In this document: positions 38,937-47,585 of the stretch, piece after piece
Numbering within the stretch: the first letter of the stretch is position 1
Layout: each line of letters starts with the position of its first letter
Assembly: GCA_045863395.1 (NCBI GenBank)
Contig: BTVJ01000004.1
Coordinates: 152,132-216,131 of the forward strand
Direction of reading: 5' to 3'
DNA: 64,000 nucleotides
Source of the DNA: Myxococcales bacterium
GTDB taxonomy: Bacteria > Myxococcota_A > UBA9042 > JABWCM01 > BTVJ01
Translations under genes and position numbers: made by a program
Notes under the pieces: model-generated
The model's input: only the letters and a program-made list of their open reading frames with translations
Told to the model about the DNA's origin: nothing
Databases searched by the model: none

Positions 38937-41033
38937 ATGACCACGGACGCCCCCAGCTCCCCACCCGTCGCGCGGGCCCGGTGCTTCCGCCTCGTGAGCG
39001 GGCTGCCCATCAGGGGGTGCCTCACCGTTGACCAGGAGCACCTGCGCTTCGACGCGCTCGGCCTGCTCGGGCGCGCACTCGGCGACTCCACCGTGGAGGT
39101 GGCCCTCGGGGACATCGACGAGGTGCGGGTGGCGGGTGTCGACCGTCACATCGTGGTCGTATGCGGCGAGCGGACGCTCCGCTTCACCGGGCGGGGCGCA
39201 CGCGACCTCCTGGGGCCGCTCCAGGTGCTGCGCGCGGCCGCCTGGCACCCCGGCGGAGCGGCGGTCATCGACCTCTTCGGCTCGCCGGACCACGCGGTCA
39301 TCCGGGGCCCGGGGCGCCTGTTCGTCAACCGCCTCATGGCCGTGCCGGGCACGGTTGCCCTGTCGTCGCGGCGCCTGACGTTCACGCCGACATCCCGGCT
39401 CGAGACCTGGGCGTGGGGCACCGGCCTCGTGGAGCTGGACCTCCGCGAGCTGCGGGACCTGCGCATGACGGGCCTGCGCGCGACGCTCCAGGTGCAGGAC
39501 GACCGGCGCACCTGGCGCCTCGGCGGCCCCCTCTCGCCGGCCCTCTTCGGGGCGATTCGCATCCTGCAGGGCGGCGAGCTGCGGGCCGCCATGCCGCCCG
39601 GTGAGCGTGAGCTCTTCGTGGACGCCTGGCCAGCGCGCTTCGGTCGCGGCGGCCACACGGAGCCGGGGACTCTGGTGATCGGGTCCCACCGCCTCGTGTT
39701 CGTCCCGAGCTCCCACGGACCCGTGGATGAGCTCCCCCTCCATGCGGTGACCCGCCTCCATGTCGACCCGACGTCGTCACGACGGCTGACGCTGCGGCTA
39801 GGCGACCGGATCGTGAACATCCACGCGGTGCACGCCGCGGAGCACGCCAGGGAGCTGGCGCGCCTGCTGCTGGCCGTGCGGACCCCCGAAGAGCCCCCCG
39901 TGCTGCGCAACGGCGAGATCGAGCCGGAGGCCTTCGAGGCCCAGCTCGTCCCCTGGATTGACGCGGGGCTCCTGTCACCTCCAAGCGAGGGAGAGCGCGT
40001 GCAGATCGCGGGCGCCGCGCTCCAGTGGGTGGACGGGTCCAACGCGCGGCGCGGCTGGCTTGGGCTCACCCAGCAGCGGGCCGTGTTCCTGCCGACGGGC
40101 GGGCCGAGCGCCGGAGAGGCCCCCACGGAGCTCCAGCTCACCCAGCAGCCGCCCGACGAGATCTTTGGAGAGCGGTCCGTCGTGCTCGGCCCGGATCCTC
40201 CGGCGCAGCTCCTCCCGCGGGGCGGGCGCCTGTTCGTCGAGGCTTTCTGGGCGGCCTGGCGCAGGCTGCGCCCGAGCACGGTGGGATCGGTGCGGGGGGC
40301 CCAGGTGCTGGAGGCAGTCCTCGGCACGGCCCTCTACGTGCAGCTCCTCGACAGCGGAGAGGCGCTCGTCACGCTCCCCTATGCGTGCATCTCCCGTGAC
40401 GGCGACGGGCTCGCGCTCGGCTTCCAGGGGACGCCGGACGCCTCGCTGGACGTCGGTCGCGACCTGCGAGTGGAGGTCGCCCGGGTGGACGGCCTCTACC
40501 ACTTCCAGGCCACGGTGCGCGCCATGGACCGGGCCGAAGAGCCCGCGACGGGCGTGCGCCTCGTCCTCGCGCTGCGCTCGGACGTGCAGCGCGTGGAGCA
40601 CCGCGCGGGCTTCCGGGTCAAGGCGGACGCCCGTGTGGACATCACGCTGCTGGAGCGACGGAGGGACACGTGGGTGGTCGCCGACACGGTGGACGGGTGC
40701 GCACTCGACGATCTCTCCATCGTTGGCTGCGGGCTGTGGAGCCCAGGCGCGCTGCCGGAGGGCGCACGACTGCACCTCGCCCTGCCCCTGGCTGACGGCG
40801 AGCTGGTCGTCCACGGGGTGGTGGCCCGCTTCGACTCCCCCCGCGTGGAGGGGGGGCCGTGGCGATACGGCCTCCAGTTCGTCGGCCTGCCGGAGAGCAG
40901 CCGCGACCGCCTGCACGCCGACATGCTCGGGCGGCAGCGGGCCGAGGCCAGGATGCGCAGGGAGGCCGAGGACGCAGAGCCCCCGGACGCGCGGCGACCG
41001 ATGGGGCCCCCGCCAAGGACTGGCCCCGCCTGA
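38937..41033 (+). CDS. PilZ-domain protein with four N-terminal PH/GRAM-like units and a YcgR-like PilZN domain
   Basis: RAGFR (RxxxR) and DLSIVG (DxSxxG) motifs; YGLQF; four GxLxxxxxRLxF-type repeats. Confidence 0.8.
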   Translation: MTTDAPSSPPVARARCFRLVSGLPIRGCLTVDQEHLRFDALGLLGRALGDSTVEVALGDIDEVRVAGVDRHIVVVCGERTLRFTGRGARDLLGPLQVLRAAAWHPGGAAVIDLFGSPDHAVIRGPGRLFVNRLMAVPGTVALSSRRLTFTPTSRLETWAWGTGLVELDLRELRDLRMTGLRATLQVQDDRRTWRLGGPLSPALFGAIRILQGGELRAAMPPGERELFVDAWPARFGRGGHTEPGTLVIGSHRLVFVPSSHGPVDELPLHAVTRLHVDPTSSRRLTLRLGDRIVNIHAVHAAEHARELARLLLAVRTPEEPPVLRNGEIEPEAFEAQLVPWIDAGLLSPPSEGERVQIAGAALQWVDGSNARRGWLGLTQQRAVFLPTGGPSAGEAPTELQLTQQPPDEIFGERSVVLGPDPPAQLLPRGGRLFVEAFWAAWRRLRPSTVGSVRGAQVLEAVLGTALYVQLLDSGEALVTLPYACISRDGDGLALGFQGTPDASLDVGRDLRVEVARVDGLYHFQATVRAMDRAEEPATGVRLVLALRSDVQRVEHRAGFRVKADARVDITLLERRRDTWVVADTVDGCALDDLSIVGCGLWSPGALPEGARLHLALPLADGELVVHGVVARFDSPRVEGGPWRYGLQFVGLPESSRDRLHADMLGRQRAEARMRREAEDAEPPDARRPMGPPPRTGPA

Positions 41034-41048
41034 ACCGGTCAGAGCCGG

Positions 41049-41768
41049 TCAGGCCCCTTCGAGGAGGTCCGCGTCCAGGGTCCACGGCCCCGCCGGGCCC
41101 GGCACGTCACGCCACCGGTGGACCAGCTCGATGAACTGGGCGCGAGGCATGGACTCGCCGCCGAGGGTGCCCAGGTGCTCCGACGGGAGCTGCGTGTCGA
41201 TCAGCGGGAAGCCCCACCGCACGAGCTGACGGCACAGCGCCATGAAGGCCACCTTCGAGGCGTCGGGCACCCGGCTGAACATGGACTCGCCGCAGAAGAT
41301 GCGCCCGACGGCCACGCCGTAGAGGCCCCCGACCAGGGCCTCGCCTGACCAGACCTCGATGGAGTGGGCGTGCCCGCGCTGGTGGAGGCGGGTGTAGGCG
41401 TCCACCATCTCGGGCACGATCCAGGTGCCGTGCCCCTCCCGACGGACGGTCGCGCAGGCCTTGACCGTCGGGCGGAACGCGGTATCGGCGACGACGCGCA
41501 GCTCGCCGCGTCGCAGCGTCTTGCGCAGGCTACGGGACACGTGGAGCCGCTCGGGCACCATCACGCCGCGGGGGTCCGGGCACCACCAGAGGATGGGCTC
41601 CTCGCGGGAGTACCACGGGAAGACGCCCTCCCGGTAGGCGTCCATCAGGCGGCGGGCGGACAGGTTTCCGCCGACGGCGAGCAGGCCATTGGGTCGTCGC
41701 AGCGCGAGGCGCACGTCGGGGAACCCGCTGTCCGCGTCGTCCGCGCTGATGATGGCGGGCACTCTCAC
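41049..41768 (-). CDS. aat: Leucyl/phenylalanyl-tRNA--protein transferase
   Basis: GLLAVGGNL; AYREGVFPW; WWCPDPR; HAHSIEVW; GESMFS; ASKVA. Confidence 0.95.
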   Translation of the reverse strand: MRVPAIISADDADSGFPDVRLALRRPNGLLAVGGNLSARRLMDAYREGVFPWYSREEPILWWCPDPRGVMVPERLHVSRSLRKTLRRGELRVVADTAFRPTVKACATVRREGHGTWIVPEMVDAYTRLHQRGHAHSIEVWSGEALVGGLYGVAVGRIFCGESMFSRVPDASKVAFMALCRQLVRWGFPLIDTQLPSEHLGTLGGESMPRAQFIELVHRWRDVPGPAGPWTLDADLLEGA

Positions 41769-41813
41769 GTTGGAGCTCCTGTCGAGGCGCAGTCCGCGCT
41801 ATGATAGCGCGAT

Positions 41814-42998
41814 ATGAAGCGAACGTGGACCCTCTCAGTGATGCTCCTCTCGTGCGCCGCGGACGATGCGGTCATCGGAGGGCTGCGCGTCGACACGGCG
41901 CCGACCTTCGGGTTCGGCGCGCCGGATGTCGCGGCCGAGGCCGTCGTCGATGCGGAGCCCGACGCGGTGGAGGCGCCCGATGTCGCCGCACCGGAGGTTG
42001 CGGTGGCTCAGGATGTGTCCGAGCCCACCGATGCCGACTCGTCCCCGGCGGGTCCGGTGCGCTGCGAGCAGGTCCCCGGCTGCGGGAGCCCGTGCGGCGC
42101 CGGCAAGCCCCCGTGCCCCACGGTGCTCGTGTGCCACCAGGGCTACAAGCCCGTGCAGTGCCGCCCCACGAGCGCCGAGGGAGGCGTCTGCGGCGTGGAC
42201 CCGGACTGCGCCGCGGGCCTCATCTGCCTGGATGCGGTCAGCCCCAAGGCGTGCGCGACGCCGGGAGGCACCGGAGCCCCATGCGCCAACACCGGGGACT
42301 GCGCGTCCGGGCTCGTGTGCAACGGCGCCACCTCCCCCCCCGAGTGCCGCGCGCCCGCCGAAGAGGGGGGGCTCTGCAAGGGCGACGGGGACTGCGCCGC
42401 GGGGCTCGGGTGCGTGTGGGCGCTCACTCCGCCTGCGTGCCTTCCGCCAGGAGACGAGGGCGACCCCTGCGCCGACAAGGGAGACTGCACGGGTGGGCTC
42501 GTGTGCAACTGGGGGACCGAGCCTCCGAGCTGCCTGCCGCCCGGAGGCGTCGGCGCTCCCTGCAAGCGCGACACGTTCGACGACGACTGCAAGCCGGGCT
42601 TGGTGTGCGCGGGCGATGGCCCCGCAGCGTGCAAGCCCGAGGCGAAAGAGGGCGAGAGCTGCGAACACAGTGCGGAGTGCGCCGCCGGTCTCTCCTGCAA
42701 CGGAGGAATGGAGCCGTCCTCCTGCGCTCCTCCGGGCGAAGACGGCGAGCCCTGCGGGAACCAGGCCGACTGCGCGGCGGGCCTCCTGTGCAATACCGCG
42801 GCAGCCGAGTGCGTGCCCCCCAAGACCGGGGAGGAGGGCACCCCCTGCGCGGAGGACGTGCACTGCGCGGTCGGCCTGGACTGCAACACGGGCAAGAAGG
42901 AGTGCCACGCGCTCGGCAGCGCCGGGGCCGGCGAGAAGTGCGGAGACTCGTGGGACTGTGGCAGCGGACTGACGTGCTTCGCCGGCCTGTGCAAGTAG
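41814..42998 (+). CDS. Cys-rich lipoprotein with ~10 GxxCxxxxxCxxGLxC (Dickkopf-N-like) repeats
   Basis: Lipobox LLSC; regular ~29-aa four-Cys units. Confidence 0.8.
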   Translation: MKRTWTLSVMLLSCAADDAVIGGLRVDTAPTFGFGAPDVAAEAVVDAEPDAVEAPDVAAPEVAVAQDVSEPTDADSSPAGPVRCEQVPGCGSPCGAGKPPCPTVLVCHQGYKPVQCRPTSAEGGVCGVDPDCAAGLICLDAVSPKACATPGGTGAPCANTGDCASGLVCNGATSPPECRAPAEEGGLCKGDGDCAAGLGCVWALTPPACLPPGDEGDPCADKGDCTGGLVCNWGTEPPSCLPPGGVGAPCKRDTFDDDCKPGLVCAGDGPAACKPEAKEGESCEHSAECAAGLSCNGGMEPSSCAPPGEDGEPCGNQADCAAGLLCNTAAAECVPPKTGEEGTPCAEDVHCAVGLDCNTGKKECHALGSAGAGEKCGDSWDCGSGLTCFAGLCK

Positions 42999-43075
42999 AT
43001 CCATTGGGTTGCGCACATCGCGAGGACGGACAACGCGCCGGCGAACGCGGCGCCCATGAGACCTGGAGGCCCCCC

Positions 43076-43525
43076 GTGCAACCCGTGCCCGTGCACCCCG
43101 TAATCGTTCGACTGGCCGAGTCGCCCGAGGATCTCGAGACGTGCCTGCACATCCGTCGCGTGGTGTTCGTGGACGAGCAGGGGGTCCCGGAGTCAGAGGA
43201 GCTGGACGGCCTCGACGACCAGTGCACCCACTTCCTGGCGACCGCGGGGGGCGAGCCCGTGGGTACGGCCCGGCTGCGCCTGATCGACGGCAAGGCGAAG
43301 GCCCAGCGCGTCGCGGTGCTGCGGCAGAGCCGCGGCGCTGGCATCGGGCGCTCCCTCATGGCCTCCCTGGAGGCGGTCGCGCGCACCCGGGGCGCGCGGG
43401 AGGTGGTGCTGGCGGCCCAGGTGACGGCGATCCCCTTCTACCAGCGGATCGCCTACGTGGCGGAGGGGGAGGAGTTCATGGACGCGGGGATCCCCCACCG
43501 GTGGATGAAGCGCCCCCTGCGCTGA
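43076..43525 (+). CDS. GNAT N-acetyltransferase (ElaA/YjcF-like)
   Basis: IRRVVFVDEQGVP; VGTARL; RGAGIG; AQ..AIPFY; FMDAGIPH; GGAGG RBS. Confidence 0.9.
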   Translation: MQPVPVHPVIVRLAESPEDLETCLHIRRVVFVDEQGVPESEELDGLDDQCTHFLATAGGEPVGTARLRLIDGKAKAQRVAVLRQSRGAGIGRSLMASLEAVARTRGAREVVLAAQVTAIPFYQRIAYVAEGEEFMDAGIPHRWMKRPLR

Positions 43526-43635
43526 CGCAGCCTGCACACGGTCCAGCCTCAGCTCGAGGACAAATTCTAGGTAGCCGGCGCAGACCCGTGCTACGGTGGC
43601 CCACGTCGCCCCAAACCATCAACAGGAGGTGCATC

Positions 43636-44061
43636 GTGGGTCTCGTAGCCGGACTGTGGCTCGTGGTGCTCGGCGTGCTCGGCGCGGCGAGCCTGATCAT
43701 CGCGAAGAAGCCGGACGCAAAGGAGCTCATCGACAAGCTGACTCCCTACCAGGGCTGGATCGGAGCCATCTCTGCGTTCTGGGGGATCTGGGTGGTGATC
43801 TCGGCGGTGCTCAACATGGGCTGGCTCAAGCTCGCCCCCATCTACTGGGCCACCTTCCTGGCTGACGGGGTGCTGCAGGCCTGCCTCGGGCTCCTGCTGG
43901 GGGTCGGCGTCCTGAAGACCTGGATCAAGGACCCACGGGCCACCGAGAAGATGGACCAGATGATCGTGAAGCTGGCCCCCTACCAGGGCAACCTCGGCCT
44001 CATCGCCATCGGCGTCGGCGTCTGGATGGTGATCGCCGGCTTCATGTGGAAGGTGGCGTAG
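43636..44061 (+). CDS. Small four-TM membrane protein with internal duplication
   Basis: AGGAGGT RBS; KLTPYQGWIG and KLAPYQGNLG repeated halves. Confidence 0.85.
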   Translation: MGLVAGLWLVVLGVLGAASLIIAKKPDAKELIDKLTPYQGWIGAISAFWGIWVVISAVLNMGWLKLAPIYWATFLADGVLQACLGLLLGVGVLKTWIKDPRATEKMDQMIVKLAPYQGNLGLIAIGVGVWMVIAGFMWKVA

Positions 44062-44074
44062 GCCAACGCCGGGG

Positions 44075-45709
44075 TCACGAGCGCGGCGGGGGGGGCTGCG
44101 GCGGCGCCGCCACGACGCGGACGGAGCCCGGGCGGGCGATGGACCAGGCGGTGCGCCAGCCGGTGCCGTCGTCGACTTCGAGGGCGGCGCTGGTGAGGCG
44201 CAGGCGGCGCGCGGTGCGGAGCGGCGCCCCGACCCACAGCAGGAGCACCGCGCGGACGAGGCGCGACAGGGGGGATGACGCGGGGGGCATGACGGGGGCG
44301 ACGCGCTCCAGCTCCCACACGTCCCCGACCCGGGAGCCCTCGAAGCCCACATCGAAGACCCCGCCGAAGCGCACCGCCAAGGGGAGACCCGTGGCCGCAC
44401 CGACGTGGGCGGCCAGGCGCTCCGCCGGCACGGACGCGAAGGCGACCACGTCGTCACGCAGGGGCTCGCGGGGAGGGAAGAGCCCGAGCCACGTGCAGAC
44501 CGCGGCGACGACGCCGTGGCCGTCCCGGCGGGCGGCGGCGGCGCGCGCCTGCTCGAGGGCGGCGCTGCGGAGCCCGGCGACCGCGGCCTCGAGGGCACCG
44601 GGGCGACCGGCGAGCGCCTCCAGGCGGTCCGCTGCGATGAGGAGCGACTCCAGGTGGGCGCGGGGGTCGTCGGCTCGTGCGAATGCCGCCTGCGCGAAGG
44701 CGGCCGTGAGTGATGCGCCGTCCAGGGGGCGGAGGGCCGAGGAGGGGTCCTCGGGCAGATAGTCGGCGGGGACCCTGCGACAGGCGGCGTCCACCCAGCA
44801 CCCATCGCAGGCTGCGGGGCGCACGTGGGGCACGCGGTGGTCCAGGGCATAGGCGAAGGCGGCGGCCTCGAACCGGTGGGCGTCGGTGGCGCCGCGCTCC
44901 GCGACCCGCCGGATCTCTTCGGGATCGGGCGCCCCGTGCAGGCACAGGGGCACGTCGGGCGCGTGCACGGCCACCCCGAGGGCCCGACCGACCTCGCGGG
45001 CGGCAGCCAGGGGCTCGCGGATCCGGCGGATGTCGAAGCGGAGGGGCCCGCGCACGCCCTCGTCGGCGGCGAGGCCCTCGAAACGCACGAGGTGGACGGT
45101 GCACGCAGCGACGCCGCACCCGGCCAGCAGGCGCACCTGATCCGGCAGGGTGGCGACGGAGCGCGCGGTGGTCACCAGGTTGGCGGTCACGTCGACGCGC
45201 CCGCGGGACACGGCCGACACGTTGCGCAACCCCGCGAGCAGGGCCTCGAAGCTGCCAGGGGCGGCGGACAGGGCGTCATGGGTGGCGGCGTCGGCGCCGA
45301 GCAGAGAGGCGGACAGCCCCGTGAGCCCCGCGTCGACCAGCGCCGAGGCGTAGTCGACGTCGGCGAGGCGCCGCCCGTTGGTCACCATGGTCACGTGCTC
45401 GAAGCCGAGCCCCCGCGCGGCGGCGACGAGGGGGACAAGATCGGGCCAGATGGTGGGCTCCCCGCCCTGCAGGGACACCGCGGTGAGGCCGTCGGCGCGG
45501 GCGCGGCGCAGCGCCTCGACCGCGCCGTCCAGGGTGTACCGCCCGCGCGCGCCGCCGAAGCGGGCGTCGGGCACCGAGAGACCGAGGCGCTTGCGGCTCC
45601 GGACCAGCGCCTGGTCGACCTCCCGGGACCCGCAGAACACGCAGTAGCTGTTGCACCGCGTCTCGACGAGCAGGGTGAAGACGCGGGCGCTTGCGAGCGG
45701 GGTGTCCAT
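44075..45709 (-). CDS. Radical SAM protein with C-terminal Cys cluster and extension
   Basis: CNSYCVFC; GGEPT; TNGRRL; VPLC; CDGCWVDAAC. Confidence 0.88.
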   Translation of the reverse strand: MDTPLASARVFTLLVETRCNSYCVFCGSREVDQALVRSRKRLGLSVPDARFGGARGRYTLDGAVEALRRARADGLTAVSLQGGEPTIWPDLVPLVAAARGLGFEHVTMVTNGRRLADVDYASALVDAGLTGLSASLLGADAATHDALSAAPGSFEALLAGLRNVSAVSRGRVDVTANLVTTARSVATLPDQVRLLAGCGVAACTVHLVRFEGLAADEGVRGPLRFDIRRIREPLAAAREVGRALGVAVHAPDVPLCLHGAPDPEEIRRVAERGATDAHRFEAAAFAYALDHRVPHVRPAACDGCWVDAACRRVPADYLPEDPSSALRPLDGASLTAAFAQAAFARADDPRAHLESLLIAADRLEALAGRPGALEAAVAGLRSAALEQARAAAARRDGHGVVAAVCTWLGLFPPREPLRDDVVAFASVPAERLAAHVGAATGLPLAVRFGGVFDVGFEGSRVGDVWELERVAPVMPPASSPLSRLVRAVLLLWVGAPLRTARRLRLTSAALEVDDGTGWRTAWSIARPGSVRVVAAPPQPPPPRS

Positions 45710-45816
45710 GGCGGGGCAGTGTACGCCCGCCGGCGCCTCCGACTCCAGCGATCGGCGCCACGGCACACGCGCGAGCCGGCGTGCTGCTCGCCACGCGCAG
45801 CGATGCCGGGCGACGG

Positions 45817-46050
45817 CTACTCCTGCTCCCGGATCTCCGCGACCGCCCCGTGCTGGGCGAGCTCCTTGACCAGGTTCTCGGCGGGCTCCTCGTGAGCGAA
45901 CGCGCGCACCACCTGCTCCCGGCCCGCCTCGACGGCAGCGAGGAGGTCGTCGATCTGCTTGTCCGTCAGTGGGCGGTTCTGTTTGCGGACCACCCGGTGG
46001 ACGGTGTCCAGCTCCTCGTGCTTGATGGACTTGAGCCACACGGCGTGCAT
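45817..46050 (-). CDS. Small protein, possibly ribosomal L7/L12 C-terminal-like fold
   Basis: GGAGGG RBS; ends EEPAENLVKELAQHGAVAEIR. Confidence 0.7.
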   Translation of the reverse strand: MHAVWLKSIKHEELDTVHRVVRKQNRPLTDKQIDDLLAAVEAGREQVVRAFAHEEPAENLVKELAQHGAVAEIREQE

Positions 46051-46105
46051 GGGATCCCTCCAGGGTCAGCGCCTCCGGCCGCAACTATCACCGGTTCGCG
46101 CCGGA

Positions 46106-46133
46106 TTGCAAGGCGGCGTCCTGCTGATACACT
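46106..46133 (+). promoter_or_regulatory. Sigma70-like promoter
   Basis: TTGCAA-N16-TACACT with extended TGn. Confidence 0.55.
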
Positions 46134-46172
46134 AGGGCGTCCCCTTTCCCAACGTTGGAGCGGAGCCCCCCC

Positions 46173-47585
46173 ATGCGACATCTCGTTGCGGCACTCGCCG
46201 CCGCCGCCCTCGCTGCGGCGTGCAGCGACCCGGACCCGACCGGGGTGCAGACTGGCGCGAGCGCCCCGGACGCCACGACCTCCGAGGACAGCGGCGGCCC
46301 CGGCTTCGGCAGCGGCGCCGAGGACACGGGCCAGCCGGTGGCCGAGGACGCTGGTGACACGGGCGGTACGGGTGGCCCCGCGGACACGGGCCACCCATCC
46401 GGCCCCGATGTCCCCGCGGGCATCCCCGACTCATGGACCCCAGTCACGACGGACGCAGGTCCTGGGGAGGACGCCCCGTGGGTGGCGCCCGACGGCTGCG
46501 GCTACGGGATCATCCAGGGCATCGTGTGCTCGCCGAGCGAGCAGGTCTTCGTCAACGGCGCCAAGGTGTGGGTGGACGCCAAGGACTGCGAAGGCAACCC
46601 GGTGCACATCGAGGTCTACTCGGACGGGGACGGCCGCTACACCCTGACCGGCGTCCCGTCCGGCAACCAGGAGGTCCACGTCTCGTCCGGGAGCTACGAG
46701 AACGACTACACGGTCATCGTGGAGGCGGGCGCCACGACGGACATCTCCAGCGTTGGCTACAAGGCCTGTCCCCAGGCGTTCAATCCGTGCGCCACGGGCA
46801 CGGTCCTCGGCAACATCTGCGACCCGGCCGCCGTGGGCCCCATGGGCCAGGGCAAGAAGGTGTGGGTCGAGACCACGGACTGCCACGGTGACCCGGTGTA
46901 CGTCTCGGCGTGGACGGGCCTGGACGGCAGCTTCCAGATCTCGGGAGTCCCGGTAGGGACTCAGATCGTGCGCATAGACACGGGCACGATCCTCGCGCTG
47001 GAGACCGTGGTCATCGAGCCCAACAAGGCGACGAACATGGGCTACCTGGCCAAGATGAGCTGCAAGGCGCCGGAGACGCCACCCTGCACGGAGGAGAACG
47101 GCTGCAAGGAGCCCTGCGACTGCATCGACAACGACGGGGACGGGCAGGTGGACGAGGGCTGCGGCTTCTTCTGGACCCTGGCGTGCATCGACGGTTGCGA
47201 CTGCGTCGACAACGACGGCGACGGCAAGGTTGACGAGGACTGCGTCGGGTCCACCATGGACTGCGGCGCAGAGCTGTGCGACTGCGTCGACAACGACGGC
47301 GACGGCAAGGTGGACGAGAACTGCTGCAACCCTGGCGACGTCCGCTTCTGCGACGAGAACATCTACTGCGCCTGGGGCAAGCAGACCTGCCAGGCGGACG
47401 GATCCTGGGGCAAATGCGCCGAAATCCCGGTCAACCAGATCCCGAAGGACTGCCAGCCCTACTACGACTTCAACCAGGAGCCGGTCATCTACGACAAGGC
47501 CTGCTGCGTGAAGGCCGGCCTGTGCTGCCAGGACTACCCGGAGTGGGACAACCTGGGCGCCTGCGCCACGAGCCCCTGCCAGTAG
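46173..47585 (+). CDS. Lipoprotein with two carboxypeptidase-regulatory-like beta domains and Cys/Asp repeats
   Basis: Lipobox LAAAC; DGRYTLTGVPSG and DGSFQISGVPVG; three CDCxDNDGDGxVDExC. Confidence 0.85.
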   Translation: MRHLVAALAAAALAAACSDPDPTGVQTGASAPDATTSEDSGGPGFGSGAEDTGQPVAEDAGDTGGTGGPADTGHPSGPDVPAGIPDSWTPVTTDAGPGEDAPWVAPDGCGYGIIQGIVCSPSEQVFVNGAKVWVDAKDCEGNPVHIEVYSDGDGRYTLTGVPSGNQEVHVSSGSYENDYTVIVEAGATTDISSVGYKACPQAFNPCATGTVLGNICDPAAVGPMGQGKKVWVETTDCHGDPVYVSAWTGLDGSFQISGVPVGTQIVRIDTGTILALETVVIEPNKATNMGYLAKMSCKAPETPPCTEENGCKEPCDCIDNDGDGQVDEGCGFFWTLACIDGCDCVDNDGDGKVDEDCVGSTMDCGAELCDCVDNDGDGKVDENCCNPGDVRFCDENIYCAWGKQTCQADGSWGKCAEIPVNQIPKDCQPYYDFNQEPVIYDKACCVKAGLCCQDYPEWDNLGACATSPCQ

